A stretch of 64,000 bases of DNA from Eledone cirrhosa. Taxonomy: Eukaryota. Numbering within the stretch: position 1 is the stretch's first letter; the number at the start of each line of letters is the position of its first letter. Shown in pieces: positions 38,871 through 51,746 of this stretch. The notes under the pieces were generated by a model. It searched no databases. It saw only the letters and a program-made list of their open reading frames with translations, and was not told the origin of the DNA. The stretch spans positions 164,486,001-164,550,000 of the forward strand of contig OZ024740.1 in assembly GCA_964016885.1 (NCBI GenBank), in the 5' to 3' direction. The translations under genes were made by a program, and so were the position numbers.

Positions 38871-39090
38871 CTCACCCGTAGAAATGAGTTGTGACGTCAC
38901 TGGTGCCAAGCTGTATCGGCTTTTGCTTTTCTCTTGGACATCATCAGTGGGTGGAGAGGTAAGACTGGTATGCATGGGCGACTGCTTGTTATCCAAAAGC
39001 AACCTTTCCCGAACATGTGCCTGAGAGGGGAACTTTCTAGGTGCTAATCCCATGGTCATTCGTGACTGGAGGTGATGTTTATCCTTTACC
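38870..39090 (+). mobile_element. SINE 3' portion with RTE-like tail
   Basis: cactca..gtagaaatga core end, then ...cccatggtcattcgtgactgga...tttacc terminus before (TA)n. Confidence 0.5.
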
Positions 39091-39153
<63 letters not shown>

Positions 39154-39367
39154 AGGCGTGTGTGTTTCCACTTACTTTCAAATTGTATGTGTTTCCACTA
39201 TCCCTTCTCTTTTGATTCTTCACTTAATACACCTCCCACAATCTGTCGCCAGTGGTTTGTTTAAGCAGTTCAATCGCCTGTGGATCGTTAATGAGAGAAA
39301 TACTGAGTAGCAACCCAAGAAGATACCTTCTTTGATTAACTATTTACATACCAGCGCGACAGCTCTG

Positions 39368-39508
<141 letters not shown>

Positions 39509-40451
39509 TCCCGTTTTTTGACGAAAGTCTATTTATATTATCCTCCACCGAATGGACGAGGATAATATAAATAGACTTTCGCACAATTCTTACCATTTGC
39601 ACAATTTGTCTGCACCTTATCCCACCCTATAATGTTCTTATTTCTATGTTGAATATTACGTAAATATAGAAACATATTAATATAATAAACTCGTCACTTG
39701 TGTGACATCTCTTTTTGTCAACCTGCCAACAATGAAGAAGCCATATGCTAACTCGACCTGATAGAAATAGCTGCCAAATATTTCCTTCGTAAAATCATAT
39801 TTCCTTCGTAAAATGTCTCGAAAATGATGCGATTTCCATGGTTGGATTGCATTTATACATATGTCTGTTTGACAAGAACTGTGTGTACTGGAAGTATTCT
39901 GCAGAGACTTACAGCATGAATGTAATTTTCAGAGTAATTCGAAGTAAGTCAGTGTGTGACAACGCCGGCCCCTTCAACTACAAATAAAAATCTATTTTAA
40001 CAACTGGGTGGGAAGTTACTATTCTTTCAAATAACATTTAAGAAATTTAATACATCTGACACCCTGTTATTTTGACCTACTACTTAATTAGATAAGTGAT
40101 ATCTGTTGTTTTTAAATGATTTGTATTGATATTGTATTAATCGCTTGGAATTTTAATTAAACTCTGATAATTCCTATAATTTGTGATAACCAATAGAAAA
40201 TTATTAAATAAAATAACATACTGTCGGTGGTATATTCTTATAGGAAGGACAATTGTCAGTGTTTACGTGTCTTGAACTTTTAATTTTGTTTTTTAAGCAC
40301 ATTGTAATTACACACACACACACACACATGTAAATACATACATACACACACACATGAAAATCACTGATGAAGGACTAATTTCATTCATATGTAAGCCAGT
40401 GGCAACAACACAGCACGCCATTTTTTCATATATATATATATATATATATAC

Positions 40452-40587
40452 TAAGGGCAGCAGCAACAAACTCCCTCCTACACCAGTGGCCAACCTATAC
40501 AGGCTGGAGATAAAATGTGTAGCAACAAGGGCGGTGCCCCAGCATGGCCTCAGCCGGATGGCTGAAACAGGTAAAAGAGTAAAAGAG

Positions 40588-40590
<3 letters not shown>
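40452..40590 (+). mobile_element. Short SINE/LINE 3' end
   Basis: ccagcatggcctcagc..atggctgaaacaggtaaaagagtaaaagagta; the same terminus recurs at about 4566-4589. Confidence 0.5.
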
Positions 40591-40648
<58 letters not shown>

Positions 40649-41569
40649 GGTGTGTGTGTGTGTGTGTGTGGTGTGTGTGTGTTTGTATGTGTGTGTGTAT
40701 TGTGTATATGTGTGTAAATGTATATAACCAGTTGATGTAGGAAGCATTATGGAAATTTAGAATTTGAAATGAAATAGCTCGCTATACATAAAAGCTGAGA
40801 TAATGGAGTAGAATACACTTAAAAGGGGAAAATTGTACGAACTCATTCTGTCCAACCTTTGTCACTTTGAACATTTACACTCTATTTTCTCGACTATTTA
40901 TACTAATCGACTATTACTATAGTCATTTGAGTCGGGCCAACTACATTTGAAATATATTTACATATATTTAAAAAGAGAAAGAGAGGACAAATGAGAGTGT
41001 GAAAGAGAAAGAGAGGGTGAGAGATAAAGGGAGTCTGAAATTAGAAAGTATGCTATTTTGGGATTGGGAATGCCACGTCTCCTTTATTCTTATTCTAGAT
41101 GGTTGGTTTTGCAATAATTTGCTAATTCCGTTGAAATCCGAAGCCTAAATCCTGGGATTAACTTCCAGTGAAGTAAATAATCCATATGACATGGATAGAG
41201 TGTTTGAGGCTGGAATTATATGTACCCATATTTTTCGCGCTCAACGAACTTCAGTTATCATGCCTTAGAGGTAATGAGTAGGGGTGGTTAGGATTTAAAC
41301 CCTTTATAAACTGCGAGTAGTTGCTGTCATCCACCCCCAGCTTATTCCAGATTCAGCTTTCCAGTAATTTTACCTCGTGAAATTTCTATTTGGCATTGCA
41401 TACATGCTTTCTAACATATATACGCTAACACGCTCATACTCAAATGCACATACATAAAAGAATATACACATATTCACTTATATTGTATTTTTGTATATGC
41501 ATATGCTTATATTCCAACATCTGTATTACCATGTTTGCTAATATATATATATATATATATGTGTGTTTA

Positions 41570-41795
41570 ATGGTGGCTAAGATGCTTCCATAGGTGGTAT
41601 GCCAGTTGAGCACTCTATGTTCTTACAGAGCAGAGTGTGATATAATATAAAACGAAAAATCAGTGATGCATCTGGACTCAGTTTATTGTGTGTTACAATA
41701 GTTTCGCCATCAGATAGCTCGAGATAGGATCATTGTATGGATCTCTCTGATTCTAGATCTGCAGGTTCTTCGGACACATGCAATACTTTCGGAAC
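41570..41795 (-). mobile_element. PLE-type terminal repeat with hammerhead (41689-41778) and tail
   Basis: Minus strand: TGTGT CcGAAGA acctgcagat...atctgatggc GAAA ctattg TA ACACA, then aataaa, tail and (TA)n. Family shared with 255-470. Confidence 0.7.
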
Positions 41796-41849
41796 AAACT
41801 TTCTCACTGGGGTGTTAGCCTCAAAAATCATCTTCCTCTCCTGTATTGC

Positions 41850-43800
41850 TATGGGAGAGGAGGGACAGGCAGTTATGGGAGAGGAGGGACAGACCCGACA
41901 GTTTCGATATCACCATGGGGTAGAGCGACTCGGCGCAGGTGACCGATCTGGTGGGGATCTCTCTCCTCCATAGGTTAGCGGAGGAGATCCCGGGGATCGG
42001 CGGAGGAATATATAGAGACGATGCACTTTTCACCTTCCGTTCACTAAACCCCAGCCAGATGGAGCGTATGAGGAAGCGCATATCGCATTTTTTTAAGCAA
42101 CACGGCTTATCCGTGACGATAGATCCTAGCACTAAGACGATGAATTTCCTGGACGTTACCCTGGAAATGAATACTAGCATCCACCGACCTTATCACAAGC
42201 CCAATGAGAACCTGCAATATGTGAACAGGCAATCAAGTCACCCCAGGTCAGTCATAGAAGCTATAGTTAAAGGGGTATGCAAACGCGTATCCACCATGTC
42301 GGCCAACGCAGACGTGTTTAAATAGCACGCCGAATATTATAAAGAGGCACTGCGCAGGTCCATACACCATAGTGTATAGCCCAGACAGGAATGAGCCATG
42401 CGCCGAGGCATGCGGATACGGTAATAGCGAGGGCACTTCCATAGGTGGAAGAAATGACCCGGTAGCAGTCTCTAAGAATACGAGTAGCAACACAGCTCAC
42501 ATTAATGACACAGGACCGACAGTAGGAAGGACAAAGGCACACTTGGGAGCTAGACCACCTAGTACAGATAGGCATGGGCCTAACACGCACACTGCATGCT
42601 CCGCGGTAACTGGGACTAGGGATAGGGAAACGACAAGTACGGCCGTGGTCCCCGCAAGATTGAACACCCCGCCTGGTAGTAGTAGTATAGCACAGACAGC
42701 AGCATCACTTAGATTTAAAGTGACTAGCAGTAGAGCCGACAATATAGAACGAAATGCCTTAGTAAGTGAAAGGCATAACCTTGACGCCAACAGCAGGAAC
42801 ACAGATAGAGACGACATAGGAGACGTAATTATGGACGGGCAAAAGCCGAGACGGGCATCAGGCCCATGGTACACTCACACGACTACACACACACGAAAGA
42901 ACAAGACTAGATGCAAGGCCGTTACATGGTTTAATGCACCATACTCCAAGCATGTACGCAGCAACGTGCCAGAGCTTTTTTCCCAAGTGTTAGACGAGTG
43001 CTTCCCGCCGTCGAACAAATACCACAAAATCTTCAACCGCCACACGGTGAAGTTTTCCTTCTCCACGGCACCTAGCATGGCCGACTACATGGCGAAAACC
43101 AACGCGGTAAAGATGGGGAACATCGACCGTCAACCGCGGCGGCAGAATGACCGTCTATCGGAGCGTGGAAGACCCTTCGGGGACCGGCCTTCAAATGACA
43201 ACCTGACCCCCGAGGCGGCCGACACGCCCACGGAAGGTGATACAATCCAACGCCAGGAGGAAACGAGTGCCGTGGGGAAGATCAACGTGCCGGTGGGAAC
43301 AACACCCTGAGAATCGTGAGCGGGCTCTAGCAGATCGAGGGCCAAGCGTCAGAAGGGAACAGAAGCAACAGAACATGTAACTGCAGAGCGGGCACCCAGT
43401 GCCCCCTACAGGGAAAATGCCTGACGAAGGACATGATATACAAATGTGTGGTTAGAACCCAAAATATAAAACGCACCTACATCGGCGCAACATCCACGAC
43501 CTTTAAATCGCGGATGTATAACCACACGAACTCATTCAAGGGCCGAAGCAAGAGGCACTCCACTAGGTTAGCGGACCTGGTGTGGGACCTGAAAGACCAA
43601 GGCACCCCGTACGCCCTTGAATGGAGTATCGTTCGGCACGCGAATGCATACTAGGCTGGAAGTAGAAAGTGCAGATTATGTCTATACGAGGACATGGAAA
43701 TAGTCAGTGTGAAGATATGAAGCGGTCAACCTGAAATCTGAAATTATCATGACCTGCACCAGAGAAGGTGCACATTCGCCACATGGAATCCTCTGGGAAG
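41850..43800 (+). mobile_element. 5'-truncated Penelope-like element, Hydra-clade-like (RT, CxCx5C linker, C-terminal GIY-YIG), disrupted
   Basis: FDITMG*SDSAQVTDLVG, IYRDDAL, MNFLDVTL, RPYHKPN..LQYV...SSHP, WFNAPYS, IFNRHTVK.S.S, TCNCRAGTQCPLQGKC, IYKCVV..TYIGAT..FKSRMYNH..SF, ST.L...VW.LK, WSIV, CRLC, NLKSE....C. Confidence 0.88.
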
Positions 43801-44412
43801 CCCAGGCTAAGGGCATGCGCCGGAGCACGCATCGACCTGAGCGACGAAACGAGTTTAAGGAACCTGACACCATACCCTGATGACATTATATGCCCCGTGA
43901 GGTAAACCAAAATAACCCAAGATGCACACCTGACTACGCACGTCACCTTAGGCAGGAACATCGCCTGCACCGGGACAGGCTGACCTGGATTCCACGGTCG
44001 TTTAGTCAAGTACCCTGAACCTATAGGACAACACACCTCAACCACAGTGACATACCCCAATGTGACCGGGCTACGCGCCGCCATGAATGTGTACCTCTTC
44101 AATCGTGACTACATACTCTCCACGTGTTCCACTTTGGGACACTTATTGTTTGTTCTGTACACAGACCTAAGTGTGCATATCATACTCCCCATGTGTGGTA
44201 TATCACACGAATACATGTACCTTCCCCTCGTTTTTATATATATCTCTATGTGACGTTATTTGCATATTTGAATGTATTTTAATATATCGTAAATTTATTT
44301 TAATGTTTTTATGTGTGGATATGCGTAGACGTGTGCATATGTATATGTACATGCGTGTGTATGTAGATATATACATGTCTGTGTGTGTATGTATGTACAT
44401 ATATATATATAT

Positions 44413-44697
44413 AGGAACGAGTAGGACCCCGAAGGCTGATCTCAAGCCATTTCGACGGCTAATTCTTTTGACCAATCCTTGTGGCAATCACTTTTACCAT
44501 ATATTGAATTACCCCCTGAGAAGCTCGGCTATTCTTATACCAGGATAAACATTTTCATTTAGTCCAGAATTAGCCATCGAAACGGCTTGAGCTCAGCCGT
44601 CGGGGTCCTACTCGTTCCTATTACCCACTCTACTACCCTAAGTATTGAGTACTTTGGTGCGTTATGGTCCATCTGGTTCCTTGCCACATTCCCTTCG

Positions 44698-44699
<2 letters not shown>
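44413..44699 (+). mobile_element. Fold-back plus tail mini-element with a full-stem hammerhead (44511-44606)
   Basis: Arms 44413-44466 / 44566-44619; ACCCC CTGAGaA...GAAA CGGC ttgagctca GCCG TC GGGGT; shared tail; (TA)n on both sides. Confidence 0.8.
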
Positions 44700-44762
<63 letters not shown>

Positions 44763-44908
44763 CGTGTGTGTGTATATATATGTGTATATGTATGTATGCG
44801 TATATATGTGTATGTATATATATATGTACATGTTATGTGAATGTGTATGGATGTATTGTATATTTATTTTATTGTTTTTATGTGTGTATATGTGTAAGCG
44901 TATGTGTG

Positions 44909-44989
<81 letters not shown>

Positions 44990-45073
44990 GTATTTATATT
45001 GGTGTGTGCATGCATGTAGATATATATATATATTATATATATCTGTATGTGTGTGTGTATATATATGTGTATG

Positions 45074-45163
<90 letters not shown>

Positions 45164-45166
45164 CAT

Positions 45167-45197
<31 letters not shown>

Positions 45198-45581
45198 CAT
45201 ATATATATGTGTGTGTGTGTTGTGTGTGGGTATGTGTATGTGTATATGTGTATATATACACATGTATATGTAACGTGAATGTGTATGGATGCATGTCTAT
45301 GATTATAATGTTTATATCCGTGCAAGTGTAATATAAGATACATCTTTTAAGGTACGACGTTAGATACATATTTTAGTATATTGGATTTTTTTTTATAGAT
45401 GTGTAGGTATGTGTGTGTATGTACGTTTATATATGGGTGTGTATGAGTGGGTGTGTACAGATGTGTGTGTATATATATATATGTGTTTGTGTATATATGT
45501 ATGTGTGTGTATGTATGTGTGTGTATATGTGTATATGTGTATATATGTACGTGTATATGTGTATATATATGTGTGTATATA

Positions 45582-45663
<82 letters not shown>

Positions 45664-45667
<4 letters not shown>

Positions 45668-46183
45668 AAAGAATAGAGGTGTAACACACAAGTTATTATA
45701 TATTGGTAAACGGAATAGAAAATGCTGACAAATTGTTCACAGTTGAAAAATAGTTTAATTAGGAATAAAAGAGTATTAGTAATTGTATTGGTTAGTATTC
45801 AGTTGTGGTTTTAAGTTTTTACCGGTTGCGCATTTCTAAATGCTTTTCAAAAATAATTTTGAGATAGAGCGTCCGTGTTGTTAGCTCTGATCCGATTAGT
45901 TTTGGGAATTCTACCTGTTTTTATGTTAAAAAAGTGGCTCCAGCGCTATTTGGTGTTGCAAAAATTCTTGTGGTCAAAACAATTTTGATTGGTCGGTAGA
46001 GGTCATGTGAATGTAAAAAATTGATTTTGCGCCAAGACTGAGAAATGACTCTTTCACAACAAATATGTGTGTGTGTGTGTGTAGTAGTAGTAGTAGTAAA
46101 GTGTTCGATGTTGTGATAATGGTTAGTAGGGATGAGTGTGCGGACAGCAGCCTGTTGACAGTTCAAATGGCTATTAAGATAAG

Positions 46184-46274
<91 letters not shown>

Positions 46275-46718
46275 GTGTGTGTGTGTGTAGAGCAGAGTAA
46301 TTCGTGGTAACGGGATGGTCAGTAGGAATGTGTCTGTAAGGAGTGGGGGTATTTTAGCATGTCAAAAGATATCTTTCAGCTTTTGTCTTATGGCGCAAAA
46401 TCAGTTTTTTACATTCACATGACCTCTACCGACCAATCAAAATTGTTTTGACCACAAGAATTTTTGCAACTCCAAGTAGCGCTAGAGCCACTTTTTAAAC
46501 ATAAAAACAGGTAGAATTCCCAAAACTAATCAGATCAGAGCTAACAACACGGACGCTCTATCTCAAAATTATTTTTGAAAAGCATTTAGAAATGCGCAAC
46601 CGGTAAAATCTTAAAACCACAACTGAATACTAACCAATACAATTACTAATACTCTTTTATTCCTAATTAAACTATTTTTCAACTGTGAACAATTTGTCAG
46701 CATTTTCTATTCCGTTTA

Positions 46719-46724
<6 letters not shown>
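45664..46724. mobile_element. Large fold-back element: about 334-bp arms 45701-46034 / 46391-46724, tail 45664-45700, flanked by (TA)n
   Basis: Near-perfect inverted arms, each with ATTT TTGAAAA GCATTT ag AAATGC GCAA CCGG TA AAA; the spacer contains (TG)n. Confidence 0.85.
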
Positions 46725-46775
<51 letters not shown>

Positions 46776-47595
46776 TTTTCTATTTACTTATTTATTTATT
46801 TATATGTGTGTATGTATGCATGCATGTATGTATATGGATGTATGTATATTGTTACATGGTTTATATTTGTGCATGTATAACAGGATGCATCCTTCCATGG
46901 ATGACCCTGTATGACCTTTTGCGTAGATGTATATGACTGTGAGTATATCACATTGGGGTACGGACAGAGATATACACATGTGTGCGTATATATGTCTTTG
47001 TGGATGTACGTGGAAACGGAGGTAATTGGGCGCGTATTTGTTAAAATGTATATGAGCCAGTGCGAGTGTGTGTGTTTGTGTGGGTGGGTGTCTGTGTATG
47101 TGTGTGTAGGGGCACCTACATATTGTAGGGATTGATTGTGAATATGTTGTGTGCGTGTGCATACACATATATGTAGATATATATATATATATATATATGT
47201 ATGTATATGTGTGTATTCGTGTATGTGTCTTTGGGAGCGTGTCTGTCTTTGTGCCTCTTTATAAGGACAGGCGTGTGCATGTGCGTGTGTGTGTCTATGT
47301 ATATGTCTGTACGTGTTTGTGTATATGAGCAAATGTACGCGTACGCAGGTATGTGTCCTTGTGTTCGTGTACGTGTGGGTGGGTGTGCGCGTGTGCGTGC
47401 GTGTGAGAGCGGATGTAGGAAGCCATATAGGCAGGCGCCTGTGGACGTGTATGTTGGTATGTATATGGTCATGGGCGTGTGTGGGTGTGGGTGTGAGAGA
47501 GAGTGTGTATGTATATGTATGCGGGTGTATACTCGTACATAAGTGTGTGTACATATGTGTATGCGTATATATGTACGTGTGCGCGTGTGTGTGTA

Positions 47596-47705
47596 TGTTC
47601 AAATCCCGCCGAGGTTGACTTTGCCTTTCATCCTTACGGGATTGATAAAATAAAGTACCAGTAATGCACTGGGTAATTGCTGGCCTTGTGCCTAAAGTAG
47701 AAACA
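47596..47705 (+). mobile_element. 5'-truncated tRNA-derived SINE
   Basis: Near-identical to 31981-32089. Confidence 0.85.
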
Positions 47706-48444
47706 ATTATTATTAAAAGACTTGAACATCTGAAACTACTTCGCTTATCCTCATTCGATATTTACTCCGTCACTCCTATGTGGAAAAAGTACGTTGAGTG
47801 CTTGAATTGAATTGCATCAATGTTTACCCTAAGAATTTAGCTCCAATTAGTTGGGTGCTCTATGATGTAACCGATATGGTGGAGAAGAAAGGAACCAACC
47901 ACGAGCTACACCAGGAAATTACCTCTACCATGGGGATGGAAACCCCTGAAACTGGACGGACATAATAGTAACTTTCTGCAGGATAAATACGCGGAAACAA
48001 AAACTAAGATAAACTCCTATTTTCCTGCACCAAATCGCATTTGAACAGAAGCCCCCTCAATTCAATCTATACATGGACAAATTGACAATCATATGAATCA
48101 TTTTGCAAATATGTACTCTGTGTTTTTGCATTTATTCATTATTGGTTTTTTTCGTTTGTGTACTTTATATCTGTCTTTTTTTGGTTTTGTTCCATGTGAT
48201 GGAAATTATGACTATGTACCCGATTGACTACTGCCTTGAATACTGTAATTTACCCTCCGTTCTAGTGTACGGCACTATCGTTCAATATGTGGATAGTGTA
48301 ACTGTGACATTAGTGCCCCTTTCAGAACTTCTTACTTAAAGATCTCTCTGCATATTATTTACTCACTTCAATCTATGTTTTTTTACTCATCTCAATCCGG
48401 ATTCTCACTTGAAATTTTTTTTTAATTTCTAATTGTTAATTTTT

Positions 48445-48597
48445 TAATTTTTTAATTTTTTAATTTATAATTTCTGATATTTGATTTAGGATTTTCGATT
48501 TAAATTTAAATTTTTATTTTTTTAATTTTTTAATTTTTTAATTTATAATTTCTGATATTTGATTTAGGATTTTCGATTTAAATTTTAATTTTTATTT
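48445..48597. repeat. Tandem duplication of an AT-rich unit of about 75 bp
   Basis: ttataatttctgatatttgatttaggattttcgatttaaattt occurs twice. Confidence 0.85.
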
Positions 48598-49274
48598 CCA
48601 ACTCTCACTCATAACTTCCAATGTAAAACCATGATACCTAGAATTAAGTATATTTTCTCTTAGGGGTTGATGGTCAGTCGTACTGTCCACGCTTGGTGAG
48701 AGGTAGTATTGGGACCTGTAAATACTAACACTCTCCCATCCCCTCTGGCTTTCGGCTGACTGCCACAGACGGGATGAGTAGCAGTAAACTATGGTACAGG
48801 CCTAAATGGGTCATTGTTTGGCTGAGAGGGGGAACTGACTAAGCGAATTTCATTGAAATCTGCGGTAGCTAATGGTCAACTTCCTTCGGACATGCGCCTG
48901 TGCAGACCGGTGGAGGCGAATTGGTACTCACAGAAAAACGGATGAAGAACCCAAAAGCACACATTTCGTCCGTTCCCATGTCGATTCAATTTGGATTGCC
49001 TCGGAAACATAACCTTATTATGTAACAAGCTGTCTGACGATGTCGCGACACTGGCACACAGAAAAGTGTGGCCACTGTAGTCATTGAAATATATATCACA
49101 GCATTATTATTAAAAGATGGGTAATTGCTGGCTTTGTGCCTAAAGTAGAAACAATTATTATTAAAAGACTTGAACATCTGAAACTACTTCGCTTTTCCTT
49201 ATTCTATATATATATTCTTCTTTAGTTCATCATTTTATTTCCTGGAGAATTGGGTGGCGAAAGATATACATTTC

Positions 49275-49470
49275 AAAGCATTGCAATCCCTGTCACGGGC
49301 CTGTTCCAAGCACAGGCTCATGTCTGCCAGGTATTCCTCCACGGAACTCAAACAGGTCTTGTCGGATTTGCCTTACTTCCTACACCGCACGCTTCTGACT
49401 TCTATTCGAGGGAGGCACTTGTTGGTGTCTTTGTGGACATGCCTAGCTCAGGACCAAGCATCTTCCACCC
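49275..49470 (-). mobile_element. Degraded RTE-type 3' fragment
   Basis: HVH..T..CLP.IEV..VR.R...DKTC.SSVEEYLADMSL.LEQARDRD. Confidence 0.55.
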
Positions 49471-51440
49471 TCTGTATTTATATAGGTGTATTCAAAAGCA
49501 AATGTCTGTTTGTATCTATTATTCTCTCCTTTTCTATTTATTTCAGTCCATATTCCTGTAAAGGAAGATTGCTCTATAACTAAAAACAATGAAATTTCGA
49601 TATTCCGGTATACTGTGTATTGTCATTCACATGCTAAGAGATTGATTTTACCGAACTAATTAAAGTGCATTTCATTCTTGTTGAAATACTTGAAAATAAT
49701 TGAAAATAATTGCTTCAAGATTCCGTAGAGAAGCCAATCATGCACATGTGTTTTCTTTTATTCAGATTGTATTATGTATCACTATGTTCATACGCAATGT
49801 TGCTAAATATTACTTTATCTGATCTAACGGTTACATCAGTTTGACCACTATAAAACTGCGTTTCAATGTTTTTTCCTCTTTTTAAAAATATATTGGAGAT
49901 TTGGATGAAAATTATTTCAAATGCAAAATTCTTTTGTGATTGTTACTTTGGAAATAATGAGAATGCAAGAGGACCACGATTAAATCTTTGAAAATCTTAG
50001 TTCTCACGACAAATATATAACACATTTGATCTTATATTGTTTGATCTTATATTATTTGATCTTATATTGTTGTTTATCCTTCTTATTCATGAGATATGAG
50101 TTTAGTAATTTGACTGTTTATTGATCATGTAGATATGTCAGTTTATATATTAAGAGGAACTACCGATAACGATTTTAAGGGTCCACTTTCAGCTTACGCA
50201 ATTTTACCGTTTACTGAACATATATTTTACTCGTGTGCTTTTTTAAATCCCCAGAAATCTTTATTTGACTGGAGAGAGTGAAACAAATACCATTTCTTCT
50301 AGGTCTTGTTTAGCAACAGATCAATTCTGAACGAGTAGACCTATCATCAAGAGTTTACTGATCGTAATCACCATGTCAGTTTAGATATCTCTAGGGCTAT
50401 ATTATCTAATATCTCCTCTCCTGCGTTAGGTTCCAATTTCTCGGAGATTTGGTTTCAATTTACAACATATCCAACGACCTAGTAACACTACCTCGTCAAA
50501 TATTAGTTTAGTTACTTGTGACATAAAGCGGTCAACTATACAACGTTCTCTATACAATTTGCAAGCATTTAAGTGTGGCAGATCAATTTCATAAAATGTA
50601 CAATCAAACTTTCAAACCGGAGCTGATTGTGTTAGAAAGAAGCCTGGAATGAAAAGCATGCTACTATATTATAAAAGACTATCTAGGATGGTTGTAATTT
50701 ACTTAATTGATAATTTAATACGATATTCAATTGGATTCATACCTTTAAAAATAATACATATAAGTAGCAAATTAACTAAAAATGTATATTACCACTGTGT
50801 CGTCTCAAAAATAGCCCAACATGGCAACCTTGAACTAATTCATTCTCTTGAAAAGGTTTATTTTTATAATTGGAGTGGTTTATAATTTTTCATAATAAAG
50901 AGGATGATAATGAAATTAATGATGATGATGATGATGATGAGGATGATATTGGTTGCATAACCTGTATTTTACATATTTAACTTAAAAAGAAGTTTCCAGA
51001 GCCTTACCCTTCAAATCTACGAAATCCTGTTCTACGCTACACTGTAAGAAAGTGAGTGAAGTTACTCGGCAAGTAAAATATCAAATATAAGTTCAAATCC
51101 AACCACAGTTCGTGAGTCATTCCCTTATATTTATGAATGGGTTTTGAAAATACACAGACGATTTAAATAGCCACATATCAGCGCTGAGTTGACGTAGGAT
51201 AAAAGTAATTCCATTCCTGGTTGTACCATGTTTGTTTCACATAGCATATTTGTGAATACATTACTCAATAATGGTAGTGTGTGATATAAGGAACATTTGG
51301 CTGCTATTTCAAACTTATTGTGCAACCCTGCAGACGCTATCTGATTGGTGTTTGGTATAGAGTTTACCTACAAGAAGTATTTGTTGTGTCAACTTTACAT
51401 GATTCAGTTCATATGGAATTCTTTTAGACTAGGCATAATA

Positions 51441-51746
51441 TTGTTTAGACGGGTGTGTTAGTGGCAATATATATAGACTAGAATTATGTCTAGAGAAAGC
51501 TTGTTTAGACGGGTGTGTTAGTGGCAATATATATAGACTAGAATTATGTCTAGAGAAAGCTTGTTTAGACGGGTGTGTTAGTGGCAATATATATAGACTA
51601 GAATTATGTCTAGAGAAAGCTTGTTTAGACGGGTGTGTTAGTGGCAATATATATAGACTAGAATTATGTCTAGAGAGAGCTTGTTTAGACGGGTGTGTTA
51701 GTGGCAATATATATAGACTAGAATTATGTCTAGAGAGAGCTTGTTT
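51441..51746. repeat. 60-bp minisatellite, about 5 near-identical units
   Basis: ttgtttagacgggtgtgttagtggcaatatatatagactagaattatgtctagaga(a/g)agc. Confidence 0.95.

Noticed and set aside
40362-40430. CTGATGAAGG hammerhead-like start
   Set aside because: The GAAA half and closing stems are absent.
43305-43330. In-frame TGA codons in the PLE ORF as possible selenocysteine (as in Naiad PLEs)
   Set aside because: The TGAs lie out of the EN frame in a frameshifted linker. Conserved Cys positions use TGT/TGC, and the EN is C-terminal, unlike Naiads.
48660-48990. GC-richer segment possibly holding an RTE 5' HDV-like ribozyme
   Set aside because: The nested double pseudoknot could not be assembled by eye; it needs an RNAMotif search.
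51441-51746. CRISPR-like array or repeat protein (ORF 51429-51707)
   Set aside because: The units are contiguous and identical with no unique spacers, there are no cas genes, and the context is eukaryotic.
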